Shown: positions 19,987 through 30,616, numbered from the stretch's first letter. The stretch: DNA of 64,000 nt from an uncultured Chloroflexia bacterium (GCA_963700285.1 CAVOXA010000010.1:896001-960000), one strand, 5' to 3'. Notes: generated from the sequence alone by a model not told the origin. Numbers and translations: made by a program.

Positions 19987-21108
19987 CTAGGTTCCCAAGG
20001 AGGTGCGCGTGTTGGCAAAGCGCATCAGGTTTTCCTGGCGGATTAGCCCCAAAAAGCCAGTGCTGTCTACGACTGGCAGCAGGCTCTGGTCGTCGGTTAT
20101 CATCCGCTCCAGCACATTGTAGGCTGCTTCGTTGGCCCGTACAGGTTGGAGCTTGGCCATGGGGGTCATAATCTGGCGCATGGGTGTCCACCCCCAGCGC
20201 TGGCGGGGAACTTGTTGAATCTGGCCCAGTGTGGCAACTCCCTCTGCCTGTTGACCATCGGTCACCATGAAGCAGTTCTGGCCGTGTGGCAGGACATAGT
20301 CTCGCACTACCCAGTCAAGGGGCATGTTGCTGTCTACAGTCTGGCAACCGGACGCTGCAAAGTCACCGGCTGTGTACCCTTCCAGCGCTTCACGGATATT
20401 GGCTTGCTTGGCGCTCTGGCTGGCAGCATTGTCCAAGAACCAACCGATGAAGGCCAGCCAGATCCCATTGCCCCAGTTTCCGGTCAGGATCATGGCGCCT
20501 CCACCGATGATCATCAGTATGGCAATGACGCGCCCACTGCTGGCCGCCCAGCGAGTCGCTCGGTTCATGTTTCCTGTCCAGGCCCATACCGCTGAGCGGA
20601 ATACGCGACCGCCGTCCAGAGGAAAGCCCGGGAGTAGGTTGAACAGGGCCAGCCATAGGTTGATGGTAGCCAGGTACAGGCCTAACCCAACCAGCGCCGC
20701 TACATCCAAAGCCTGTCCTGCCACCCAAAGCACGCCAAATCCCGCTGCCAGGAGCAAACTGGCAATGGGGCCAGCGATGGCGATAAGAAACTCGGCTAGC
20801 GGCCGATCTGGCTCGCGGCCGATGTTGGCCACACCACCAAAAATGAACAGGGTAATGCCCTTGACCGGGATGCCCCTGGCCACGGCGACGACACTGTGTG
20901 CCAGCTCGTGGACCAATACCGAGCCGAAAAAGAGCAAGCTGGTGAGCAGCCCAATGCTGAGATAGCCCGCCAAACTCCAGCCCAAATAGCGGCTTGGAAA
21001 GTACCCTGTTGCCAGGGACATGGTCACCAGGGCAAAGACGATGAACCAAGTATAGTTAACCCCGATGGGGATTCCGAGTATTCTACCTAATCGCAAGGAG
21101 CTTTTCAT
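19987..21108 (-). CDS. Site-2 protease (M50) with CBS domains
   Basis: HELAH, AGP, NLLPGFPLDGGR, C-terminal CBS pair. Confidence 0.93.
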   Translation of the reverse strand: MKSSLRLGRILGIPIGVNYTWFIVFALVTMSLATGYFPSRYLGWSLAGYLSIGLLTSLLFFGSVLVHELAHSVVAVARGIPVKGITLFIFGGVANIGREPDRPLAEFLIAIAGPIASLLLAAGFGVLWVAGQALDVAALVGLGLYLATINLWLALFNLLPGFPLDGGRVFRSAVWAWTGNMNRATRWAASSGRVIAILMIIGGGAMILTGNWGNGIWLAFIGWFLDNAASQSAKQANIREALEGYTAGDFAASGCQTVDSNMPLDWVVRDYVLPHGQNCFMVTDGQQAEGVATLGQIQQVPRQRWGWTPMRQIMTPMAKLQPVRANEAAYNVLERMITDDQSLLPVVDSTGFLGLIRQENLMRFANTRTSLGT

Positions 21109-21164
21109 ATGCTACCATCCTCCACTCCAACAGTCTATCACATGAGCATTAGAATAGTGTTATA

Positions 21165-22424
21165 ATCGTATTAGAGAATCGTTAAAGCTGGGAGCCTGGT
21201 TGCTGAGCCGGCATTGAGATTCTCCTGAACTTTAGGCCGCGGATCACCGCATAGAACATTAACAAACAACTGCTCTCGTTGCGAAAAGCGGCAGCCATTT
21301 TGTGGCTCCGTTTCTTTACCTCGCCGAATAAGCGCTCGATCACGTTCGTCGTGCGAATCGTCTTCCAGTGCGCCTGCGGAAAGGCGTAAAAGGTCAAGCA
21401 CGCTTCCAGATCTCGCCGCAGGCACTCGATCGCCGTCGGATAGGTCTTGCCGTACTTCTCCACGAAGGCGGCCACGGCCTGATCCGCTTTCTCTCGGTTG
21501 TCCTGGTAGAAAATGGCCTTCAGCTCTGGTTCTACGTTTTCCTGCTGGCTCTTGGGCACGTAGCCCAGCACATTTTCCATCTTGTGCTTGACGCAGCGCT
21601 GCCGTTTTGCTGTCTGGGAACTTGATCTGGAGCGCATTCAGCATTGCCTGGTTGCCGTCGGTCACCCACAAGTCCACCGTTTGTACACCACGGCGTTTCA
21701 GGTTGTCCAGTAGGTCTTCCCAGGCACCTTGGTTCTCCCGCTCGCCCACCGTGAAGCCCAGCACCTCTCTTTCGCCTCGGACATTGATGCCTACGACAGC
21801 TAGAATCGGCATCTTTTTGCCTTCACCTTGATAGATCACGGTGAAATAGGTGCCGTCGGCGAAGACATAGACGTAACGAACATCCAGTGGACGCTGTTTC
21901 CAGGTGGCGAACTCGCCATCCAACGTGTGGAACACCCGCGACACGGTCGACGGACTGGGCTTGATGTCGGTCAGAGCCTCCATGACCTCGCCCACTGGAG
22001 TGGTACTAACGCCTTTCACGAACATCTCGCCGATGCCCCGGCCCAGCTCTGCCTGGCGACACTGATAGCGGTCGAACACCTGGGTCTGAAACCCTTTGCG
22101 CGTTCGTGGCACCGGCAGGTTCTCGATCTGACCGACGCTGGTGCCGAGATCGCGCAAATAGGTGCCGTTGCGCTGGTCACGCCGCTGATCGCTGCGTTCG
22201 TAACGGCCAGCACCGACGAAGGCGTTGACCTCCTCGTCGAGCACAGCGATCAAAGTGTATCGGACTGCCAGACGCACTTTCTCGTGAAGCATGGTTTGGA
22301 ACTCTTGACAGAAATCGATCTCTTGAGTATCATCATTCATAGGAGTCATGGTATCCCTCCGGTTAGTTTGCCAACTACCAGGATACCAGGCTCCTGCTTT
22401 TTACAAAAGATTCAGTATACCACC
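21165..22424 (-). mobile_element. IS256-family insertion sequence; transposase frameshifted; left boundary approximate
   Basis: DQRNGTY, VPRTR, GVST, FADGTYF, GEREVLG, VTDG, QRCVKH, IRTTNVIERLFGEVKKR. Imperfect IRs: left AAAGCTGGGAGCCTGGT vs right (reverse complement) AAAGCAGGAGCCTGGT. Confidence 0.88.
21182..22349 (-). pseudogene. IS256 transposase split by one extra A in an A4 run (plus-strand TTTT 21605-21608)
   Basis: Removing one A joins FPDSK to RQRCVKHK of ORF 21182..21637. Confidence 0.85.
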
Positions 22425-22426
22425 GC

Positions 22427-22639
22427 ATTTGGGTTCTACTGGTGAGTTGGGCAGCCTTGCGGGCAGGGGAGTTTCCCAAGGCACTGAACTACCTTGGCTT
22501 GTTGATCGGCGTGGCAGGCATCATCTCGGCTGTCCCGGGGCTCAGCGAAGTAGTGATGGTTTTTGGACTGGGTCAGATCGTGTGGTTCGTATGGCTGGGG
22601 ATCGTCATGTTGCGCGGCAGCCCAAGCGCGGTGGAGTAG
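22427..22639 (+). pseudogene. C-terminal fragment of a DUF4386-like membrane protein
   Basis: IWVLLVSWAALRAGEFPKALNYLG...FGLGQIVWFVWLGIVML begins immediately at the IS end with no start. Confidence 0.6.
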
Positions 22640-22774
22640 GAACCGGCCGCGGTCATGCCGCGCCACAGAACAGCAACCTTTTTGACTTCAAGGCTCAACG
22701 CTGAGTAGGAGTATTGGAGAAGACGGCTCGCACCTGACCCAATACTCCGATTTCGTCGCAAGCTACTTTGAGAC

Positions 22775-23161
22775 GGGGCGCTGACCGCGCTGTTCTTCAT
22801 GAGAAAGGCAGCGATTCAGAGCGGCGAGAAGGTCCTCATCAACGGCACCTCGGGAGGGATAGGCCAATACGCGCTGCAACTGGCCAAAAACTCCGGGGCG
22901 GAGGTCACCGGGGTCTGCAGCACCTCAAAGATGGAACTCGTGAAGTCTCTGGGAGCCGATGAGGTCATTGACTATACCAAAGAGGACTATACCAAGAACG
23001 GTCAGAAGGACCTGGTCTTTCTCAAAGAGCAGATTGAGGCGGGAAAGATAAAAGCGGTCATCGATAGAAGCTATCCGCTGGAGCAGATCGCCGAGGCGCA
23101 CAGCTATATTGAGGGGGGACACAAAAAGGGTTATGTAGTCGTTACGCTGGGCAACGGCTAG
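22775..23161 (+). pseudogene. Truncated, internally deleted NAD(P)-dependent MDR/quinone oxidoreductase
   Basis: GALTALFF...[11 protein letters not shown]...[13 protein letters not shown]|KDLVFLKE; lacks the N-terminal half and the YDAILD segment present in the paralog at 23729. Confidence 0.8.
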
Positions 23162-23211
23162 CAAGTCGACCCTTTTGGTAACGGGGGACATCTGGTACGA
23201 GGAGACAGCGT

Positions 23212-23697
23212 GTGGAGTCATCGTCCGGGGGCAGGTGCGGCGAGATCGCCAGTGACCTGTCCATTATCGCCATCACTGCGGCTCAACTCATCTTCTTCAC
23301 CAACTTCTACGAGTACATCGCCTGGCCCATCAAAGGACTCGATGGCAGCGTGACCTGGATCTCCCTGCTGACGGAAGACTATTTCCGGTGGCTACCTCTT
23401 GTGACCGCAGCGTCGTTCATCGTCATCGTGGCCTCCATGGTCATGATTGTCTACAATCGAGCCTGGTTTCGCCAGGTTGCCTGGATACTCTTCTCACTCC
23501 TTGGCATCACGATGACCCTGTCCTTGCTGCTTATCTACCCCTTTGACTTTAGCGGAATACCTAAAGACACCGTGGCCGGACTCGTGCCTACCGTGGTGAC
23601 TGTTGTCCTGATCCTTTTGGCGGTCTTTTACGCGGTGTCTGCAGTGGCTCAGAGCGTAAAACTGAGGAATCTCTCAGCCAGTAACGAGGTTGCCTAG
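23212..23697 (+). CDS. Hypothetical multi-pass membrane protein (possibly 5'-truncated)
   Basis: About four hydrophobic segments; start uncertain. Confidence 0.55.
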   Translation: MESSSGGRCGEIASDLSIIAITAAQLIFFTNFYEYIAWPIKGLDGSVTWISLLTEDYFRWLPLVTAASFIVIVASMVMIVYNRAWFRQVAWILFSLLGITMTLSLLLIYPFDFSGIPKDTVAGLVPTVVTVVLILLAVFYAVSAVAQSVKLRNLSASNEVA

Positions 23698-23728
23698 AGG
23701 CTTCTCAAAACGCTCCTGGAGGGAACAG

Positions 23729-24721
23729 ATGAAAGCGATTGTATGGACGAAATACGGATCACCCGATGGCCTTCAGCTTCAGGAGGTCGAAAAACCCACA
23801 CCCAAAGACAATGAGGTCCTGATCAGGGTCCGAGCCGCAACGGTGACAGCCGGGGACACCGAGATGCGAAAGCTCAAACTCCCATACTCCCTGGGATTCC
23901 CGGTTCGAGTGTATGCCGGCCTCGGGCGGCCAACCAGGATACGGATACTGGGACAGGAGCTGGCCGGAGAGATCGTGTCCGTGGGCAAAGATGTCAGGCG
24001 TTTCAAAGAAGGCGACGAGGTGTTTGGTACCACAGGTTTCGCTTTTGGCTCCTATGCAGAGTACAACTGCCTGCCTGCCGAATCCGGTCAAAGCGCCCTG
24101 GCCATCAAGCCGGCCAATGTTTCCTACGAGGAAGCCGCCGCCGGGCCGACCGCCGGGCTGGAAGCCATCCATTTCCTTCGGATAGCCGGTCTCCAGAGCG
24201 GCCAGAGTCTTCTGATCAATGGTGCGGGCGGCAGCATCGGCACCTTTACCCTGCAGCTCGCCAAGCTGTCTGGGGCAGAAGTGACCGCCGTGGACAGCGC
24301 GGCCAAGCTGGACATGCTGCGCTCCCTCGGCGCGGATCAAGTCATCGACTACGCCCAGGAGGACTTTGCGAGTGGCAAGACCTACGATGCCATCCTCGAC
24401 GTGGTGGGCAAAAGCTCCTACGCGCGCAGCGTCCAGTCGCTGAAGCCCAATGGCTTCTATCTCGTTGCCAATCCCAGCCTGTCCATGTTGTTTCGCCGAC
24501 TTTGGACTTTGCTGACCAGCAGAAAAAAGGTAGTCCTCCGGTCGTCAGAGCAGTCGGTCGAGGACCTGCTCCATCTCAAGGAGCTCATCGAGGAGGGAAA
24601 GGTAAGGACCATCATCGATCGGACCTATCCGCTGGAACAGACCGCCGAGGCCCACCGCTACGTCGAGACTGGCCAGAAGCAGGGTAACGTCGTCATCACT
24701 GTCAAGTCCGCCAGCCAATGA
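23729..24721 (+). CDS. NAD(P)-dependent alcohol dehydrogenase-like (MDR, zinc-free quinone oxidoreductase type)
   Basis: MKAIVWTKYGSPD, ILGQELAG, INGAGGSIG, IDRTYPLEQTAEAHRYVETG; ATG 23729 with GGAGG. Confidence 0.9.
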   Translation: MKAIVWTKYGSPDGLQLQEVEKPTPKDNEVLIRVRAATVTAGDTEMRKLKLPYSLGFPVRVYAGLGRPTRIRILGQELAGEIVSVGKDVRRFKEGDEVFGTTGFAFGSYAEYNCLPAESGQSALAIKPANVSYEEAAAGPTAGLEAIHFLRIAGLQSGQSLLINGAGGSIGTFTLQLAKLSGAEVTAVDSAAKLDMLRSLGADQVIDYAQEDFASGKTYDAILDVVGKSSYARSVQSLKPNGFYLVANPSLSMLFRRLWTLLTSRKKVVLRSSEQSVEDLLHLKELIEEGKVRTIIDRTYPLEQTAEAHRYVETGQKQGNVVITVKSASQ

Positions 24722-25260
24722 CGCATTGTGGAGCACGGGGGTTCCAGACTTGTTTGGGAAGAGCTGAGCCGCCAGGCCCAGTTGGATCGATCGCTTCAAT
24801 GACTGGGTCGAGAGACTTCCGGGAGGTACCTGGACCTTCTATCTAGCCTTTGCGATCGTGCTGATCCTGGTCCAGATCCTCTTTCTCTGGGTGGATGGCG
24901 GCCTGCATGCGCAGGAGCTCCTGCCAATCGTCATCTTTAACGGGCTGGCCACACCCTTCCTCCTGGCACTGATCCAGCTATTTGACAATCAGGCTATGAC
25001 TGCCCTGAATTCTATGAGATCATCTCTGGAGATTACAGAGCACGAGTTCGACGAGTTCCACTACAAGCTCTCGAACATGCCTTCTCTCGCGGCGCTCATT
25101 GCCGGTCTGACTTTGCTGGCCGCCGTAATTGTGATGGAACAGGTGTCGGCCGTGCCCAGCAGATACGCGGCACTTGGGCCTCTGCCCATCTTTACAGCCG
25201 TCTTTCACATCATCGACAAGAGCTCCGCGTTCATGTATGGTGTGATTATCTACCACACCA
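24718..25260 (+). pseudogene. Fragment of a multi-pass membrane protein
   Basis: Hydrophobic reading frame (part of ORF 24858..25445) with a disrupted 5' end that becomes unprotein-like after YHTR. Confidence 0.45.
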
Positions 25261-25359
25261 GAGGTTTCCCTTCCGGATTCCCTGGCCTGATTGAGCTGGA
25301 GCAGTATGATGGCGTGTTGCCCCGGCTTCTGTACCATGCATACACCAGGAGCTTGAATT

Positions 25360-25630
25360 GTGCTAAATACGCGGATAATATTGGCGGGATTGTGGGTAGC
25401 TGTCATGCTGACCTATCTCCTGGGAGATGTGCTGCGCATCTTTAGCGGTGATATGACGGCGGGAGAGATCCAGGGGGTACCGGCGACGCAGGGAATGTGG
25501 CTCGGCATCGCAGCCATCATGCTGGTTCCCATTCTTATGCTCGTGCTGACCCTGATACTGCCGCATCCGGCCATTCGCTGGGTGAACATTATTGGTGCCG
25601 TTCTGGTCATCATTTGGAGGTACGTAAAAG
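25360..25630 (+). pseudogene. Truncated DUF6326-like membrane protein
   Basis: LNTRIILAGLWVAVMLTYLLGDVL...WLGIAAIMLVPILM...RWVNIIGAVL, then runs into a palindromic repeat. Confidence 0.55.
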
Positions 25631-25635
25631 TCGAA

Positions 25636-25687
25636 GAGATTCCCTTCGACTGTGCTCAGGCATGCTTCGCTGGCGCCCAAAATGACA
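25636..25687. repeat. Degenerate REP-like miniature palindromic element
   Basis: GAGATTCCCTTCGACTGTGCTCAGGCATGCTTCGCTGGCGCCCAAAATGACA resembles the GATTCTTCGCTxCGCTCAGAATGACA repeat type; single copy in the window. Confidence 0.45.
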
Positions 25688-25998
25688 TAATACCTTGCAC
25701 CAGGGACTGCACATACAGTAGCCCAATGCTCATCTTTGGGAGCATCACGCTCCTATCGATCTCCTGACCCTGGATTGGCGCTGGCCTCCATCGATCCTAT
25801 CGGGCGAGACCCTGGTGGCGATTGGGCCCGATCTGCTTGCTTAATTCGTTCCGGGAGTGTATCCTCTGGCACTGGCGGGCCGGGGTTTGTCGCGAAAAAG
25901 TCCAATTGGTATTGGTGCTGGAAGAACCCCTTCGCCTGCGCGTCCTACGGCTGTTGTTCAACCATCATGCTCTCTCTTTCGGATATGATACCATTGCC

Positions 25999-26607
25999 AT
26001 GACGAAAGCAGCACCTACTACGATCGTAAACGTAGGCTACCGTTCAACAAACTACTGGGTTGTTAGCGCGGGCACTTCCCGCTTACTTGTTGATATCGGA
26101 TGGCCGGGCACCCTCGGCTTGATGAAAGCCAGGTTCAAGCAGATGGGCGTCCCTCTCCACGAGATTCGCTACGCCGTCGCCACCCACTACCACATTGACC
26201 ATGCCGGCTTGGCTGAGGAGCTTAAGCGGGAAGGAGTTCCCCTCCTTGTTCTGGAGGTCCAAGTCGCTGCCATCCCGATCATGAAGACCTGGACCAAACC
26301 TGAGGACAATTATGTCGAGATTACAGGCGAGGGGAATGTCACGATCTCTTTCCAAGAGAGCCGGAGTCTACTCAGCCAGATAGGAATTCTGGGTGAGGTC
26401 GTACACACCCCCGGTCATTCAGAAGACAGTGTGTCTTTCTTGCTTGATGATGGTTCGGTCTTTACGGGCGATCTGCCGCCCGAGGCTCATTCCTGGGACA
26501 ATTCCGTGGCCTTGGAGAGCTGGCGCTTGCTCCGAAAAAAGGGAGCCACGTGTGTGTATCCGGCACATGGCCCGATAAAACCAATCGACCCCGGGCCACC
26601 CTCCTGA
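25999..26607 (+). CDS. MBL-fold metallo-hydrolase
   Basis: THYHIDHAG, HTPGHS, FTGD, YPAHG; start reassigned to ATG 25999. Confidence 0.9.
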   Translation: MTKAAPTTIVNVGYRSTNYWVVSAGTSRLLVDIGWPGTLGLMKARFKQMGVPLHEIRYAVATHYHIDHAGLAEELKREGVPLLVLEVQVAAIPIMKTWTKPEDNYVEITGEGNVTISFQESRSLLSQIGILGEVVHTPGHSEDSVSFLLDDGSVFTGDLPPEAHSWDNSVALESWRLLRKKGATCVYPAHGPIKPIDPGPPS

Positions 26608-26813
26608 GCGCTGGTATGCATGTCCGAGCTGCCTAACATCTTACAGCTCTGGGTCAGCCACCAAAAAAGTCGTCCCGAGCCAGATGATGGTCCAGCCGTG
26701 GGGCGATAGGCAGGCGGCGAGTGGTCGGGGTCCCTCGTGAACAAGGCTCAAGATCCGGACGCGGTCTCCTCACACAGCGGCTCGATGTGATACTGCTCGC
26801 GCTGCCGGCAGGG

Positions 26814-29097
26814 TCAGTACGGGGAGGTATCGGCGCTCACGTCGGTATCCCAGATCTTGTCCGTGTGCCCCTCGAAGCGACGCAGTTCCTGCCCGGTTTC
26901 CACGTCCCACAGGCGTACAGTGTTGTCCCTGGCAGCAGCGAAAATGTCGCCCGCACCAGATACCGCACGGCGGCTGTCTGGCAGGAAGTGTGCCCCTTCA
27001 AACGGCGGATCTCCTCCCCGCTGGCATAATCCCGCAGGCTGATCTCGCCGGTCCACAGGGCGGTCAAGACCCTTCGCCCGTCGGGGCTGATAGCGACATC
27101 AGCGGTGGCAGGATCCGGCGGGTTGGCGTACTCCAAGCAGCGTACCTCGGCTCCGGTGCACAGATCCCACAAGCGCAAGGTGACGTCGGCCGAAGCGGAC
27201 AAGGCGGCGTGGTCGCCTGCCCCTGTCCAGGAACAGGTGACAAAGGCGACGGTCAGTGTCCGGCCCTCGTGGCCGCGCAACTGCAAAGCCGGCTCCCCGG
27301 TATCCAGGCCTGCATTGAGCCGGGCCTGCCCTGAACTCTGGCGAAGGGTCGGAATGTCGAGCAGAGAACCCGGTTATCCAGCGTGCCCAGCAAGGCTGAC
27401 CGGCCATCGGCGCTCACCGCCAGACTAAAGAGGCCAATGTCGGCATCGAAACGCTGGCCCACTTGCCCGGTCTCCAGGTCCCACAAGATGGCGTGTTCGT
27501 CCTGGGACACAGACAGCGCTGAGACCATCAGGCAGAAAGGCCAGATCCCAGACCGAGTCGTAGTGGCCAGTGGCTTGCTGAGAGCCGGTCACGGTATCGG
27601 CCACGCCGGACATGTGGTGGCGGATCTCGCCGCTCTGCAGATCCCACAGGATCACGCTGCCGTCGGCCGAGCCAGACAGTGCGGTATCACCCTCGGGGCT
27701 GATCGCCACGCTCAGGACGGTGTCCTCGTGCCCGCGGTAGCAGCGGATGACCTCCCCCGTCTCGATATGCCACAGGATCAAGGTGTGATCGGCAGAGGCA
27801 GAGAGGGCAGTACTCCCATCCGGGCTGATGGCCAGATCTCGCACGGCGGCGCTGTGCCTGCGGAAGCGATGGAGGATGTCCCCGCTACCAAGTTCCCAGA
27901 GGATGAGGGTCCTGTCGGCGGAGACTGCCCGGTCTCTCCCGGGGAGAACGACCACGGCGTGGGCAGCATCGCCGTGGCCGCGGAAACGACGCATCCTTTC
28001 CCCGGTACCAAGATCCCACAGAACGAGGGTTCCATCGGCAGATGCGGACAGAGCCCTGCCTTCACCTGGAATGATGGCCACGTCCTCCACCGGGCCGTCG
28101 TGTCCGGAAAAGATGCGGCGCGTGCCCGGCGCGTAGGCGGCATCAGCCAGCATCAACCGAGCTTGCGGCGGTGGGTCGGGCAAACGGTTGGCTTCTACCG
28201 CTAGGGCCAGGGCCTGGGCGGTGAAATCGGCGCGGAGGGAGAGGAGGAGGGTCATGGGCAGGGCGGATTGGGTACAGGCGCAGGATGAAGGGAGGAGGAG
28301 GTCGAGGAAGGCGTGGCGAGTGAATAGGTTGGGGCAAAGAACGTAGAGTTCCTCGAATTGATCCGCGACCAGCAGGAGATGGGACGTGCCGGGACGGACA
28401 GACGACTTCCAATGGCCTTGCTGTGCTGGGTTCAGGATGGGGCCAACGAGATTGGCCAACCGCACCTGGCCATCTCGGAGTCGCTGTGGCAGGCAACGGA
28501 CTTGGGCCTCCAGCGCAGGCGCGTTTGCTCGAAGTCGGGACTCCAGGAGCAGAACCAGTGCCTCCGCCAGGCGGTGGAAAGGACGGCTGCCGGGGCGAAA
28601 GCTGGCGGTGAGCCATCCCCCCCGTCCCCGGCCCACCGTCGAGGCGACAGGGGAGGTAGCCTGGGCATCAGGCCAGCATGGACCACCGACGACTTGCCGC
28701 TGCCCGACGGGCTGACGACCACCACCGGCCCCTGATGGCTGATCGACTGGCAGGCGTCGAGCAGTGTGGCAAAGGCGGCCACGTCCAACCAGTGATCGCT
28801 GGCCGGGTTAAACCCCACAGTCTTGGCGGTAACGTGCAGGTATGGGGGATCCGCCTGCCTGTCGCCAAGGGCGGTGCGCAGCCTATACAAGATCTGGCGA
28901 AGGTTCTGGCGAGCCACCTGCTCGGGCTGATCGGGCCACAACAGCCCGGCCAGGGCGCTGCGCGGGAAGGGGGTACCGGCGTCCACGGCCAGGTAGGCCG
29001 GCAGCGCCCGCGCCGTGTCGGCCCGAAAGCCGGTCAGTGGCGATTTGTCCAAAGTGGCTTGGAAAGGGCCCAGGAACGAGAGCCTGAGATGCGGCAC
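26814..29097 (-). pseudogene. Shattered SARP/BTAD + nSTAND1-type NTPase + WD40-repeat gene
   Basis: LSFLGPFQ...LAGLLWPDQPEQVARQNLRQ (SARP wHTH); degenerate Walker A SPSGSGKSSVV; LLVADQFEEL; LSLRADF; many GH...SASAD.T..LWD repeats spread over several frames. Confidence 0.82.
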
Positions 29098-29313
29098 TGC
29101 ACTTAGTGGCATCTGCCGGCTAAAGAAGGTGATGCCAACGCCATCCTTCTTGCAAAAGATCACCATCGTGATGAGGCCGGCGATGCCCGGCCTCCACTGG
29201 GGCAGGAAGGTCAGCCCGGGCAGCAGCCCGCCTTCCTGCTGAAGGCCGCCGATAAGCATCGTAAACACCCACGTCAGAACGTAGAAGACAACCACTCGCA
29301 GAATCATGTCCAT
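29098..29313 (-). pseudogene. N-terminal fragment of a CPBP/Abi-type membrane protein, fused in frame to the SARP relic
   Basis: VVVFYVLTWVFT...LPQWRPGIAGLIT; abrupt change to SARP sequence at LSA|VPHLRL. Confidence 0.5.
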
Positions 29314-29333
29314 CTCCTTTCTGTGTACTCGGA

Positions 29334-29582
29334 TTACTCTACTTCCTCGAACCCAGCCTGCCCTTTTTCACCCGGATCAAGCCGCTGCACAGAAAGCAGC
29401 GTCAGGCCCAGGTCACGCGCCCGGTCCAGTAGGCCGAACAGAGCGGCGCCGTCGGCCACGGGGCCGGTCAGCACGGTCGAGCCATCCGGACCGAGGGCCA
29501 GGGACAGGCCATCGAACCACGCCGACCAGTGCTCATCGAGCTGCTCTTGCACCTGGATCTCGTAGAATACGTTCTCGTTCAC
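29334..29582 (-). CDS. Small conserved hypothetical protein of the type found beside MalT/LuxR regulators
   Basis: YEIQVQEQLDEHWSAWFDGL...TVLTGPVADGAALFGLLDRARDLGLTLLSV. Confidence 0.72.
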   Translation of the reverse strand: MNENVFYEIQVQEQLDEHWSAWFDGLSLALGPDGSTVLTGPVADGAALFGLLDRARDLGLTLLSVQRLDPGEKGQAGFEEVE

Positions 29583-29592
29583 AGGACGATCC

Positions 29593-29837
29593 TCATTCTC
29601 TTGTATGTGCAAGGGAACGGGCGACCTGCTCTGCCATTTCGACGGCTAGCGCCCGGTTCTGTCTGCCATCCGCGTAGTTGTCGTCGTCGTTGGGCCGCAT
29701 CCGGTAGAGAAGCAGCGACTTCACAAAGCTGCCGTGTGCTTTACGGACGGCTCCCTGGAGGGCCTTGGACGATTGAGCCACCAGTACGACAGGATCCAGG
29801 CCGCGGCGAGAATCGCCAGGATGATAATCGGAACCAT
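29593..29837 (-). pseudogene. Short frameshifted remnant of a membrane-anchored protein
   Basis: MVPIIILAILAAAWILSYWWLNRP, continuing in another frame as KALQGAVRKAHG. Confidence 0.35.
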
Positions 29838-29845
29838 GGTTTCAC

Positions 29846-30616
29846 CTACTTTCCGGCGCTGAAGGTAAAGCGGATGGCGCTTTTGGTACAGCCGTCCACA
29901 CAGTTGCCGCACAGGATGCACTCGCCGTCCTCCATGTCGGCCCGCTGCACCATGCCGTTGACATCCAGGCTCATGGGGCAGTTGCGCGTGCAGGTCAGGC
30001 AGTCGGTGCACTTGGCCGGCTCGGCCACCAGGCGCAGCGCTGGCCACCTGCCCAGGTTGCGGAGCCTGCGCCCGAGGATCATGAACGGCGCCATCCAGCA
30101 GATGGTGTGGCAGCCTGCCCGCCGTCCAAAGATCACGGCCAGGCCGAGGAACAGGGCAATGATGATGTAGTAGATCATGAACCAGGGCGGGCCTCCGCCG
30201 TCCAGCGGCAGGGCCATGGTCACGCCGGTCTCCAGTTGGTACAGGGGGTCCACGGCATGGTAGCCGCCGGCGCCGATGGCCAGGGCAACGATGAGGCCGA
30301 TCCACGGGATCCAGATGGCCCACTTGATCCAGTTGAACTTGCCGCCCGGGGTCGGCTTGTTGTTGATCGGCTGGCCGAACTCCTGCAAGGCGCCGGCCGG
30401 ACAGGCCCAGCCGCACCACAGCCGGCCCACGAACAGGGACGACAGGAACATCAGCCCAAAGACGATGAAACTGCCGTTGATGATCCCCTCCGACGCGCCC
30501 TGCAGGATGAGGGCCGGGGAGAAGTAGTAGAGCGTGACGGGGAACAGCAGCAGCGAGACGAACAACAACGCTTTCCGAATTCGCTGCCGGCGGGGCAACT
30601 GCTTGACCTTGACCAT
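29846..30616 (-). CDS. Membrane 4Fe-4S binding protein (NapH/MauN-like)
   Basis: CGWACPAG, CHTICW, CTDCLTCTRNCP, CILCGNCVDGC, several TM helices; ATG 30616 with GGAGG. Confidence 0.88.
   Translation of the reverse strand: MVKVKQLPRRQRIRKALLFVSLLLFPVTLYYFSPALILQGASEGIINGSFIVFGLMFLSSLFVGRLWCGWACPAGALQEFGQPINNKPTPGGKFNWIKWAIWIPWIGLIVALAIGAGGYHAVDPLYQLETGVTMALPLDGGGPPWFMIYYIIIALFLGLAVIFGRRAGCHTICWMAPFMILGRRLRNLGRWPALRLVAEPAKCTDCLTCTRNCPMSLDVNGMVQRADMEDGECILCGNCVDGCTKSAIRFTFSAGK

Noticed and set aside
28432-29313. 293-aa ORF as a genuine novel membrane-anchored transcription factor
   Set aside because: Better explained as a deletion chimera of three fragments with a degenerate Walker A and a frameshifted end.
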